Assembly: GCA_023145435.1 (NCBI GenBank)
Contig: JAGLDS010000004.1
Span: 40,546-104,545 of the forward strand
DNA length: 64,000 nucleotides
Origin: Clostridiales bacterium
GTDB taxonomy: Bacteria; Bacillota; Clostridia; DUPQ01
Reading direction: 5' to 3'
Shown: in pieces, positions 31,249-41,649 of the stretch
Position numbering within the stretch: position 1 is the first letter of the stretch
Layout of the letters: each line of letters starts with the position of its first letter
The notes under the pieces: model-generated
Database searches by the model: none
The model's input: only the letters and a program-made list of their open reading frames with translations
What the model was told of the DNA's origin: nothing
Program-made: the position numbers and the translations under genes

Positions 31249-31746
31249 CTATACTTGTAATTTCTTTTTTAATTCTTGTAGTTGACGATATAGTTTTGTT
31301 TTAATGCTACTTAAAGGAATTTGTAGTATTTCGCTTATTTCTGATAAAGTATATCCTTGATAATATTTTAGATAAATAATCATTTTTTCGACTTCTGGTA
31401 AAGTGACTAATAAATCTTTTAAATCAATATCTTCATAAACATCTTCATGTGTTATGTTTCCTATAATTTCATTATAATAAATTATTTTGCCATTTTTCTT
31501 AATGATTTTTTTGCACTCGTTGATAATTATTCGAGTAAACCAGGTTGTAAAATATTGAGGATTTTTAAGTTTTCTAATATGCTTAAATGAATACAGTACC
31601 GCACTGCTAAAAGAATCAAGAGCATCATGTTCGTTTCTTAGATAACATAATGCAACTCTATATGATTTTTCTTTTATTTCATTAATTAAACTTGAATAAG
31701 CTTCCTTATTCCCTTTTATAGCTTTTTTTACAACTATGTCGTCCAT
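31249..31746 (-). CDS. ECF-family RNA polymerase sigma factor
   Basis: YRVALCYLRNEHDALD, FTTWFTRIIINEC, EISEILQIPLSSIKTKLYR; start MDDIVV after AAGGAG. Confidence 0.92.
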   Translation of the reverse strand: MDDIVVKKAIKGNKEAYSSLINEIKEKSYRVALCYLRNEHDALDSFSSAVLYSFKHIRKLKNPQYFTTWFTRIIINECKKIIKKNGKIIYYNEIIGNITHEDVYEDIDLKDLLVTLPEVEKMIIYLKYYQGYTLSEISEILQIPLSSIKTKLYRQLQELKKKLQV

Positions 31747-31785
31747 CCACGTCTCCTTGTACACTTGATATTCTAGAATTCTCTT

Positions 31786-31816
31786 ATTAGATATCACTAA
31801 TGCCTAAAAAGTTTCA
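31786..31816 (-). promoter_or_regulatory. Possible ECF-type autoregulatory promoter
   Basis: Minus strand TGAAAC followed about 17 nt later by TATCTAA, upstream of the sigma gene. Confidence 0.35.
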
Positions 31817-31959
31817 AATATTTTTAGTATGTTAATAATTTTTACTTGCCCTTGAAATTATAATTAATATACAAGTATTAAAATATAAAATGATTTTTAT
31901 ATCTCAAATGAAATGGTACTACATAATGAATAAGCTTGACAATTTTTTATTTGATTACT

Positions 31960-32870
31960 ACAGATATACCTGCATTTTATTTAGAATGGTTTTTCAAAAG
32001 AATTGAAGAAGGATTTGTTTTAGTTAGAAATCCTATGAATTATCATCAAGTAAGCAAAGTTAAGTTAACACCAGATGTGATTGACTGCATTGTTTTTTTG
32101 ACTTAAAATCCTACTAAAATTATAAACAATTTAGACAAACTTAAAGATTTTAATTATTATTTTCAAATAACCATTACACCCTATGATAAGTCAATTGAAA
32201 AAAATATACCTAATAAAGAAATTATTATCAATTCATTTATAACATTATCTAGAAAAATTGGTAAAGAAAAAGTTATTTGGCGTTATGATCCAATCCTACT
32301 AACTGAAAATATTGATATCAACTATCATAAAATTCAATTTGAACAATTAGCATCAAAATTTAAAAATTACACAGATTTATGTGTAATAAGCTTTACTGAT
32401 AATTATTCAAAAACTACTCAAAACATGAAGTTACTAAAACAAACTACTATAAATAAAAAACAAATGTTAGATATTGGAAAAACTCTTTCCACAATCGCAA
32501 ATAAGTATAGTATTAAAATTGAAACTTGCTCAGTAAAAATTGATTTATCATCCGTTGGTATTAAACATGGCAAATGTATAGATGATAGTCTTATTTCATC
32601 AATTGTTGATCAAAAGTTAGATATAAAAAAAGATAAAAACCAAAGAGAGATTTGTGGTTGTGTTTCAAGCATTGATATAGGCACATATAACACTTGTACC
32701 CACGAGTGTTTGTACTGCTATGCTAACTTTAGTTTAAATTCTATAGAAAACAACATTATAAAACATGATATATTTCACCTTTTTTAATTGGTACTCTTGA
32801 ACAAGAACGTAAAGTAACTGAAAAAAAGATGAATTTATACTTACCCAATCAATTAAGCTTTCATATTTGA
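31960..32870 (+). pseudogene. DUF1848-family (radical-SAM/SplB-related) pseudogene
   Basis: TDIPAFYLEWFFKRIEEGFVLVRNP...DCIVFLT*NP (TAA 32104-32106), WRYDPI, GCVSSIDIGTYNTCTHECLYCYAN; 5' start lost and a frameshift near 32770. Confidence 0.85.
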
Positions 32871-33096
32871 ATAATATATTTCATCCTAATTATTGCTCAA
32901 TCACCAATTAAATTCTCAAACCTTCTAACTATTAATATCTGTTAGAGTACATAGCATGTACTCACTTAATAGGAAGCAAATCTATCCTAAAATTCATTAT
33001 AAGGGTTTTCTTGATAAATAAGATATTGATAAAATGATATAATTTTTAAAATTACAGTTCTTAAAACAAATTACTATATAAACACATTATCCCAAA

Positions 33097-34967
33097 TCAC
33101 TTTTGTAATTTACTTCTTAAGTATTTTTCTAGTTCTTTATCGACACAATATATATAGCACCCTTTTTGCCCTCTTGTTAATAGTGTTCTATAAGTGTTTT
33201 TAATAATCTCATCAGCAATAGCTTTCGCTTTATCAGGATCTTTCTTATTAAGACCTTTAATACCTTTTAGTGATTGATCTGTATTTGCTCTTTTCATAAA
33301 ATCTGTTTTTATTTTCTCATTAGAGTATGATAAGTCTTCTCCAATAATAACTCCAACATAATCAAACTCCAAGCCTTGTGATGTGTGAATACAACCAACT
33401 TGATTTACAGAGTTTGGGTCAATTGCATATGTTCCAGTATTACCAAGATTCCAACTCATACAAAAATCAAACTCAGGAATCTCAATATCAAATACATCTT
33501 CTCTATTCTTTCCATCTTTTATCCAGTTCCAACAATATCCTGCTAATATTCTTGATTTATTAGATACTTCATTTTTTTTAATTATTGCATTTCTAAGTTC
33601 ATTTGGATTATCAAATATTTTAAAATCATAATCATCAAAACCATCGTAATTAGCAGTATTCTTAATTTCTAAAATATTATCTATCCATGACAAATATCCA
33701 TCAGATCCATTACATCTGAACTGTGAAGACAACTCCATCTTTTCATATATTGCATGATTTTTATTTGAATATTTTTCAATTTCAGCAACACTACCAATAT
33801 CTTTAATTGAAATTCGCTGACATTCGTCTATAAAAAAGATAGAAAATTTTGAAGAATATATAATTTCTTTGACTTGATTTTCCCCTAAGTTTGAAAATAA
33901 TCCAGATTTTTCGTTTAATCTATGGGCTTCATCAACAATAATAGTATCAAAATAGTTTTTTGGTGTATTTATGTATGAACCTGATCCTTTAAACATATTT
34001 TTAACACTAATGTTTTATGCTTGCCTTTTAATTTTTGAAAATAAACGTTTCTTGGTGCTGCGTTTTTAGAGGTGTATTGGCATACTAATTCTTTTTTAGT
34101 TAGTTCAGTTAATAGGTTTATTGCGAGTACTGATTTACCCGTCCCAGGTCCACCTTCTACAATTAATACTCTTTTTTTATTATCTTTTTGTGATTTTAAT
34201 GCCATTTCTATAGCTTTTTCATAAACAACTTTTTGCTCATCGATCATTACAAACTCAGAATTACCAGCTAGCATACTACTTAGGGAATCTTGCAATGATT
34301 TAGATGGTTTTAATTTACCATTCTCAATTTTATATAATATTTCTTTATTATCACCTTTTTTAATGTGTTTAAGAATAAATTGCTGTAAGAATTTTATTTC
34401 GCCAAATGAATATATAGGAGCTTTTTCTAAATAATACCCATATATACTGCTAAGAAGAGGATCATTTTTCTCTTTCTTTTTATAATTGTGTAAATATGCG
34501 CATGGTAGAAGTTTTATATTTTCTTTTTGAACAATTTCATTAAAATCACTTATTACAGATGCATACGACCATGCCTGATAAGATGGGTGGGTAGTCTCTC
34601 TATTTGATCCACCAATATATGTTTTTACAATCCCATCTTTCCCTTCAACTTTTTCGACCTTTTCCCATTGTTTAAGTTCAATAATTACAGCTGCTCCATT
34701 ATCATTTTCATCTCTTCCAGATATAATAAAATCAACTCTCTTAGACGTGTAAGGAATATTAAATTCAATAGCTATACCTGAATTGTCTGGAATATTACTA
34801 TTTGACATTACTATAAACATATATCTCATAGAATTCTTCCAAGAACGTTCTTCTGATTTAGAAGGGTTACCAAATTTAGGTATATATTTTTCTTTAATTT
34901 TATCAACTATAATATCGTTGATTACACATTCTCCGAAGTCTTTTTTTACTGATTCATAAACTAACAT
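33097..34967 (-). pseudogene. PD-(D/E)xK nuclease - DUF2075 (SF1 helicase-like) gene split by a single frameshift
   Basis: 5' ORF has EFNIP-SKRVDFII...IIELKQW and Walker A GGPGTGKS. 3' ORF has IIVDEAHRL, CIHTSQGLEFDYVGV and YRTLLTRG. Adding one A at 34013-34016 joins them. Confidence 0.85.
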
Positions 34968-34978
34968 AATACCCCTAA

Positions 34979-35293
34979 TTACAATTTATCGTATTTTTTG
35001 CTATTTCCTTTTGACTTTTCAACTGGATATTTTTTTTCATTTTTTTCAATTTTATTATTAATGATTTCTTCTATATCTAAATCTAATGATTCTGCCATTA
35101 ATATGCAGTATATTAATACATCTGCTAGTTCATCTTTTACTTTTCCCACATCATATGAACCATTCCATTGAAAATTTTCTAATAATTCTCCAGCTTCAAT
35201 TGATATTGATTTTGATAGGTTCTCAGGAGTATGAAATTGCTTCCAATTTCTTTTATTCCTAAACTCAATAATCTTTTTAAAATATTCTTTCAT
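34979..35293 (-). CDS. MazG-like (DCTPP1/RS21-C6-type) nucleotide pyrophosphohydrolase
   Basis: RNWKQFHTPENL...EAGELLENFQW...DELADV...KNEKKYP. Confidence 0.9.
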   Translation of the reverse strand: MKEYFKKIIEFRNKRNWKQFHTPENLSKSISIEAGELLENFQWNGSYDVGKVKDELADVLIYCILMAESLDLDIEEIINNKIEKNEKKYPVEKSKGNSKKYDKL

Positions 35294-35736
35294 AATATAA
35301 CCCTCAAATTGTTAAGATTAATCACATACAACAACTATATTTTATCATAGAAAATTTATAAAAAACACTACATTACTTACCTATTATATGAATGATACAG
35401 ATTATATAATTTCTGATATTTTTCTTATGACAGATTATAGTTGATTCTTTCCTTACTCTCCCCCGAATATTTTCATATATTAATTGGTAAAATATTATAT
35501 GCTTTTATACATAAGATACTATTTCCTTCTGTCTTTTCATTATAAATTAAGTTTTAACAGAAAAAACACTTCTCATTAAACATTTTATTTTCTAAATTAG
35601 CTATATACTAACATATATTGGCACTTTAGCACATTGACATAAAATAAAATATTTATGTACTATTAGTAGCATGTTTTATTTAAAAATAGAGTGTATAATA
35701 ATACAATAAATTCAAGTATAGATTGGAAATCAGAAT

Positions 35737-36777
35737 ATGAATAATACTCCCTTGACTAGACAACAAATGAAAGATGTTATAAATGGTGTTTCATCAGCCC
35801 CAAGAATACCCATGATGATCCATTTTTGGACCTATCCAGAAGTTTTTGAAGATAAACAAAATATTGTAGAAGAATTATTAAATAAATACCCTATGGATGC
35901 AAATGTAACAAAAATTAAAATGCCACGTGTTTTCGACGCTCCTGAAGATACACCAAGTTATAGATGGGTTAACTTTGATGATCCAGATAAAGGTAAAAAA
36001 ACAGGTATTGATGAAAAAGGTGCAATTAGTGACTGGAGCATGTGGGAAGATGTACTAAAAGACTTTCCTTCTCCTGAGTATGAAGGTCTATTTTCTGATA
36101 AAAGTCCTGAAGATGGACGTTACCACTTAGGTATGTGGTGGTATTGTCTTTTTGAAAGGCATTGGTCTTTACGAGGTATGACAAATTCATTAATTGATTT
36201 TTATGAAAATCCTAAACAAGTTCATGCACTATACCGTGCATTAACAGATTTTTACTTGAGAGTTATAGAACGTAGCAAAGAAGAATTAAACCTTGATGGT
36301 ATTTTCGTAAGTGATGATATTGGTATGCAAACAGGAGCATTTTTTTCTAAAACCATTTTTGATGAATTTTTTAAACCATATTATAAAGAATTAGTTGATA
36401 AAGCTCACTCTCTTGATATGCATTTTTGGTTACATACTTGTGGTAATGTAGAGTCATTTTTACCATCTTTTATTGAAATTGGTATAGATGTTATTCACCC
36501 AATCCAAAAACATACAATGGTAGAAAAAGAAATATCAAAAAAGTATGGTAGTGATATTTGTATATGGGCAGGTTTTGATGTACAACAAATTATACCTTAT
36601 GGCACTCCTAGTGAAGTTAGAAAAGAAGTTAGGTTTATGATTGATACTTATTACAGAAAAGATGGTCGTTTTATTCTTACAGCTGGGAACGGTATAACTG
36701 AAGACTGTAAAATAGAAAGTTTGGAAGCTCTTTTAGATGAAACATTAAAGTATGGAACAAATAAAATTTCAAAATAG
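35737..36777 (+). CDS. Uroporphyrinogen decarboxylase / MtaA-like TIM-barrel protein
   Basis: LFERHWSLRGM, SDDIGMQ, LHTCGN, GFDVQ..IPYGTP.EVR. Confidence 0.8.
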   Translation: MNNTPLTRQQMKDVINGVSSAPRIPMMIHFWTYPEVFEDKQNIVEELLNKYPMDANVTKIKMPRVFDAPEDTPSYRWVNFDDPDKGKKTGIDEKGAISDWSMWEDVLKDFPSPEYEGLFSDKSPEDGRYHLGMWWYCLFERHWSLRGMTNSLIDFYENPKQVHALYRALTDFYLRVIERSKEELNLDGIFVSDDIGMQTGAFFSKTIFDEFFKPYYKELVDKAHSLDMHFWLHTCGNVESFLPSFIEIGIDVIHPIQKHTMVEKEISKKYGSDICIWAGFDVQQIIPYGTPSEVRKEVRFMIDTYYRKDGRFILTAGNGITEDCKIESLEALLDETLKYGTNKISK

Positions 36778-36802
36778 AGGTATTAATAATTTTTAAAATT
36801 AA

Positions 36803-37948
36803 TTATTTTTTTACAGTAACAATGGTATCACCCACTGTTTTTTTCTCTATTATTTGTATTTTAAAAGCTCTTTTAAACATTTCAATTTGTTTTACTTCAT
36901 AATCAGCTACTAATGTAATAGCAACACCTTTTTTACCTATTCGCCCTGTTCTTCCTACTCTATGAAGATAATCTCGCGATTTTCCTGGTACACCCATATT
37001 AATAATGTGAGTGATGTCTTTAATGTCTAATCCCCTTGCTGCAATGTCTGTTACCACAAGGTATTTTAGTACACCTGATTTAAATTGATCAACAATTTGT
37101 TTTCGCTCGCTTTTCCATTTATTGCCGTGTAATCCTCTTGTTTTAATATGGTGATAGTTTAATCGTTCAACTAAAATGTCCACCTCTTCTCTTCCATTCA
37201 CAAAAATAAGTGCTTTTTTAGGGTTTAAAATCCTAATAACCTTTCTAATTACATCAATCTTATTTCTCTGACTTGACATAAAATAAAGGTGCTCTATGGT
37301 ATCTGGTATTTTACTTTGATCATTTGCTACAATAAAACTAGGATCTTTCATTAATTGAGTAGCATAATCTTTAGCTTCAGCTGTAATTGATGCTGAAACC
37401 ATTAATAATTGTCTATCTTTTTGTGTTGTTTTAATAATAGCTTTAATAGTATCAATATTATGTTTACTAACCAAATTATCAGCTTCATCAATAATAATAG
37501 TTTTAATTGTATGTGATGAGATTTTTTTCATTTTTATTAATTCTAGAATTCTTCCTGGAGATCCAACAATAATATGAGGTTTTTTCTTTAAATTATCGAT
37601 TTGTCTTTTTATATTTACCTTGCCTATAATTGGTAATGAACTAATTATATAATTTGCATTAGTTGCTAATAATTCAATCTGTCTTAATACCTGTATACCA
37701 AGTTCATGAGTAGGTACTAATATAATCGCTTGCATTTCTTTTATACTTTGATCAATTTTTTCAAATAACGGAATTAGATAAGCAAGTGTTTTACCAGTTC
37801 CTGTTTCTGATTGAATAACTAAATCTCTATTTTGTATTTGTAAAGGGATTACTTTTTCTTGAACCTTGGTTAGTTTAGTAATGTCTTGCTTATGTAATCC
37901 TTTGATTATTTGATTACTAATCTTATGGTTTTTTAAAAACTCAATCAT
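36803..37948 (-). CDS. DEAD-box RNA helicase
   Basis: SETGTGKT, PTHEL, DEAD, ARGLDI, HRVGRTGR. Confidence 0.93.
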   Translation of the reverse strand: MIEFLKNHKISNQIIKGLHKQDITKLTKVQEKVIPLQIQNRDLVIQSETGTGKTLAYLIPLFEKIDQSIKEMQAIILVPTHELGIQVLRQIELLATNANYIISSLPIIGKVNIKRQIDNLKKKPHIIVGSPGRILELIKMKKISSHTIKTIIIDEADNLVSKHNIDTIKAIIKTTQKDRQLLMVSASITAEAKDYATQLMKDPSFIVANDQSKIPDTIEHLYFMSSQRNKIDVIRKVIRILNPKKALIFVNGREEVDILVERLNYHHIKTRGLHGNKWKSERKQIVDQFKSGVLKYLVVTDIAARGLDIKDITHIINMGVPGKSRDYLHRVGRTGRIGKKGVAITLVADYEVKQIEMFKRAFKIQIIEKKTVGDTIVTVKK

Positions 37949-39873
37949 TATTTTTCCTCATTTTTCTTTTTTTGATTTTTTATTGCCTTGGCTAGTTCAT
38001 ATAAATACTCCCAGCGTTCCATGGCCTGACTTAATAGCTTATCTAACTTTTCTTTTTTCTCTAGTTTTTTTTGTAATAAAGTAAAGTCACTGACTACCTG
38101 CAACACTTCATTATTTATCTTACTTACTTTTTCCTCTAATGATTCAACTAAATCATCAATTGATTCAAATTCACGTTGTTCGTTAAAAGTAAATTTTAAT
38201 GTTTTATTCTTTTTATTATATTCACTAACATTAGATTTTACTACTTTTTCCTTATTTATACTTTTAGTAATGTTGTTTTCTATCTGTTTTGATTCATAGT
38301 AATCTGAATAGTTTCCTTGAAACTGTTTAATATTTTGATTACCATCAAATATAAAAATCTTTTTCGCTACTCTATCTAAAAAATACCGATCATGGGATAC
38401 AGTAATAACTACTCCACTAAATTCGTTTAAATAATTCTCTAATATGGTTAATGTATGTATGTCTAAATCATTTGTTGGTTCATCTAATAATATTACATTT
38501 GGTGAACTCATTAAGATTCTAAGTAAATATAGTCTACGTTTTTCTCCACCTGAAAGTTTAGAAATTAGCTTCCAATGAGTTTCTGTTGGGAACAAAAAAC
38601 GTTCTAGCATTTTTGAAGCACTTACTAATCCATCATTTGTCTTTAAAAATTCAGCTTGTTCTTTTATATAGTCTATAATCGTTAAATCATGATTCATTTC
38701 ATCATTTTCTTGCATAAAGAATCCAATTTTTATTGTTTCTCCACTGTCTATTATCCCTTTATCTGGAATTACTCTTTTAGCAATTAAATTTAACAATGTT
38801 GATTTACCACTACCATTAGGTCCAATAATACCAATTCTATCAGCCCTATCAAAATTGTAGCTAAATTGATTTATTAATGTAATCCCATGATATCCTTTAT
38901 CAATGTTAATTAATTCAATAATCTTTTTTCCTAATCTTGTGCTACCCACATTAATATTTAAATCATTATTTGAATTATCTAATTTACTTTCTTCTAATAT
39001 ATCAAAACGCTCTATTCGTGCCTTTTGTTTTGTAGTACGTGCTCTAGCTCCTCTTTGCATCCATTCAAGTTCTTTTCTATATAGGCTCTGTCTCTTACGT
39101 TCTGATGCTATTTCATTTTCTTCTCTTTGTGCTTTTAGAGCTAAGTACTGCTCATAATTAGCTTGATAGTTATATAAGCTTCCTTTTTCAATTTCTATAA
39201 TTCTTGTACATATTCGTTGTAAAAAGTAACGATCATGTGTCACCATGAGTAAAGCACCACTACGATTATTTAAATACTTTTCTAACCAATCAATGGTATT
39301 ATTATCCAGTTGATTAGTTGGCTCATCTAATATTAATAAGTCGGTAGGTGCAATTAATGCACTAGCAAGTGCAATTCTTTTTTTCTGACCACCAGACAAA
39401 CTATTTATTTTTAAATCAAAATCAGTTATCCCTAACTTAGTTAATATTGTTTTGACTTCACTTTCTATTGACCAAGCTTTCATATTGTCTATTTTTTGTG
39501 TTAATAAGATTACTTTTTTTTGAAGTGTTTTATCTTCTGGTAATTTATTTAATAAACTAAGCGCTTCTTCATATTTTCTTAAAAGCTTCATAACTTTTGA
39601 ATCACCTTTAAAAATTTGTTCAAGTACTGTACTTTTCCCATTAAGTACCTGATTCTGTGGTAAATACTCGATAGATAACCCATTAGTTTTTATTATTTTT
39701 CCTGTGTTATATGTTTCAACTCCTGCAATGATTTTTAACAGTGTTGATTTACCAGTTCCATTTACACCAATAATCCCTAATTTTTCTCCCTCATCTATTC
39801 CAAGGGATACTTCATTTAAAAGTATTTCTTCACTGTATGATTTTGATATATATAAAGCTGATAATATATTCAA
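37948..39873 (-). CDS. ABC-F family ATPase (Uup/YfmR-like)
   Basis: Two NBDs, no TM, RARTTKQKAR linker, C-terminal coiled coil ending ERWEYL. Confidence 0.9.
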   Translation of the reverse strand: MNILSALYISKSYSEEILLNEVSLGIDEGEKLGIIGVNGTGKSTLLKIIAGVETYNTGKIIKTNGLSIEYLPQNQVLNGKSTVLEQIFKGDSKVMKLLRKYEEALSLLNKLPEDKTLQKKVILLTQKIDNMKAWSIESEVKTILTKLGITDFDLKINSLSGGQKKRIALASALIAPTDLLILDEPTNQLDNNTIDWLEKYLNNRSGALLMVTHDRYFLQRICTRIIEIEKGSLYNYQANYEQYLALKAQREENEIASERKRQSLYRKELEWMQRGARARTTKQKARIERFDILEESKLDNSNNDLNINVGSTRLGKKIIELINIDKGYHGITLINQFSYNFDRADRIGIIGPNGSGKSTLLNLIAKRVIPDKGIIDSGETIKIGFFMQENDEMNHDLTIIDYIKEQAEFLKTNDGLVSASKMLERFLFPTETHWKLISKLSGGEKRRLYLLRILMSSPNVILLDEPTNDLDIHTLTILENYLNEFSGVVITVSHDRYFLDRVAKKIFIFDGNQNIKQFQGNYSDYYESKQIENNITKSINKEKVVKSNVSEYNKKNKTLKFTFNEQREFESIDDLVESLEEKVSKINNEVLQVVSDFTLLQKKLEKKEKLDKLLSQAMERWEYLYELAKAIKNQKKKNEEK

Positions 39874-39891
39874 ATATTTCTCCTATTTTCT

Positions 39892-41508
39892 CTAACTATA
39901 CATTTTCTTTCGTAAAATAGTGATATCTTCATTTTCTAAATACTCATCATAAGACATTTGTCTATCAATAATTCCCTTAGGTGTAATTTCAATAATTCTA
40001 TTAGCAACCGTATGTACAAACTTATGATCATGGGATGCAAATAAAAGTGTTCCTTTATATTTTATTAATCCATCATTTAATGCAGTGATTGATTCTAAAT
40101 CAAGATGATTAGTAGGTTCATCTAAAATTAATATATTTGCACCTGATAGCATCATTTTAGATAACATACATCTAACTCTCTCTCCCCCTGATAATACATT
40201 AACTTGTTTTTTTGCATCTTCTCCTGAAAAAAGCATTCGTCCTAACCATCCTCTTATAAAGGTATCATCTTTATCTGTTGAATACTGGCGTAACCAATCA
40301 ATAATACTTTCATTATGTCCATCAAAGTAACTTGAATTATCTTTTGGAAAATATGCCTGTGTTGTTGTAATTCCCCATTTATACGTTCCACTATCAGCAC
40401 TTAATTCACCCATTAGTAGTTTAAACAATGTGGTTTTTATTAAACTATTTGATCCTACAAGTGCTATTTTATCGCCCTTATTGACCATAAAACTAATATT
40501 ATCTAAGATATTAATACCATCAATTTGTTTAGTTATATCACTTATTTCTAAAAGATCATTCCCAATTTCTCTTTCAGGTTTAAAATCAATAAAAGGATAT
40601 TTTCTTGATGAAGGTTTAATATCTTCTAACGTAAGTTTTTCTAATTGTTTTTTTCTAGAAGTCGCTTGTTTAGATTTAGAAGCATTCGCACTAAAACGCT
40701 GAATAAAGGCTTCTAAGTCTTTTCTCTTAGCTTCTGTCTTTTTATTATAATCTTTCATTTGTTGTAATACTAATTGACTTGACTGATACCAGAAATTATA
40801 ATTCCCTGGAAATACCTTTATTTTACTAAAATCAATATCAGCAATATGTGTACACACCTTATTTAAAAAATGTCTATCATGAGATACCACTATAACTGTG
40901 TTCCCAAAATTGAATAAAAAGTTTTCAAGCCATGTAATCGCTGCTACATCTAAATGGTTTGTTGGTTCATCTAGCAGTAGAATTTGTGGATTGCCAAATA
41001 GAGCTTGTGCTAACAGAACACGGATTTTATCATTACTCTCTATTTCTGCCATTTTTTTTTCAAAAATATTTTCTTTAATACCTAAACCATTTAATAAAAT
41101 AATAGCCTGTGATTCAGCTTCCCATCCATCTAACTCAGCAAATTCAGTTTCTAATTCTGAAATTTTAATACCATCAGCTTCTGTAAAATCCTCTTTTTCA
41201 TAAAGGTGTTCTTTTTCTTCAATTATCTCATTAAGTCGCTTATGACCCTTTATCACTGTATTTAACACATTATACTCATCAAATTCATATTGATTCTGAT
41301 TTAAAACTGCTAATCTGTGATTTTTTGCAATAACAACATCACCCTTATTGGCTTCAATCTCACCTGATAAGATTTTTAAAAATGTTGATTTACCAGAACC
41401 ATTTGCCCCTATAAGGCCATAACAGTTTCCTGGGATGAATTTTATATTAACGTTTTCAAATAGTGTTTGCTCACCAAACCTAAGTGAAATTCCGTTGGCT
41501 TTAATCAT
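39892..41508 (-). CDS. ABC-F family ATPase (YbiT/YkpA-like)
   Basis: GNCYGLIGANGSGKST, RFSANASKSKQATSRKK, LSGGERVRCMLS. Confidence 0.92.
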   Translation of the reverse strand: MIKANGISLRFGEQTLFENVNIKFIPGNCYGLIGANGSGKSTFLKILSGEIEANKGDVVIAKNHRLAVLNQNQYEFDEYNVLNTVIKGHKRLNEIIEEKEHLYEKEDFTEADGIKISELETEFAELDGWEAESQAIILLNGLGIKENIFEKKMAEIESNDKIRVLLAQALFGNPQILLLDEPTNHLDVAAITWLENFLFNFGNTVIVVSHDRHFLNKVCTHIADIDFSKIKVFPGNYNFWYQSSQLVLQQMKDYNKKTEAKRKDLEAFIQRFSANASKSKQATSRKKQLEKLTLEDIKPSSRKYPFIDFKPEREIGNDLLEISDITKQIDGINILDNISFMVNKGDKIALVGSNSLIKTTLFKLLMGELSADSGTYKWGITTTQAYFPKDNSSYFDGHNESIIDWLRQYSTDKDDTFIRGWLGRMLFSGEDAKKQVNVLSGGERVRCMLSKMMLSGANILILDEPTNHLDLESITALNDGLIKYKGTLLFASHDHKFVHTVANRIIEITPKGIIDRQMSYDEYLENEDITILRKKMYS

Positions 41509-41649
41509 TTATTTACCATCCTTTTTTTACTTGTCGGCCTATTATAACACTAAGTCAGAAAATTACTAGTTAATCTTGGTTTTTTTATGATTATTTACTT
41601 ATAAATAAATTATTTCTTTTATTTTTTTAATGTAACAGGTGGAACAATT

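Noticed and set aside
32425..32787. 120-aa ORF as an independent gene
   Set aside because: It is the 3' fragment of the DUF1848 pseudogene.
32945..32963. GAGTACAT-agc-ATGTACTC hairpin between convergent genes
   Set aside because: It is only an 8-bp stem with no U tract on either strand, too little to assign a function.
35380..35585. Possible decayed ORF and short ACAGATTATA repeat upstream of the MazG-like gene
   Set aside because: Multiple stops, no recognisable family, and the repeat is short in AT-rich DNA.
35737..36777. Calling the URO-D-family gene hemE
   Set aside because: There is no tetrapyrrole context, and the HTCG motif fits the broader MtaA/CmuA-like group.
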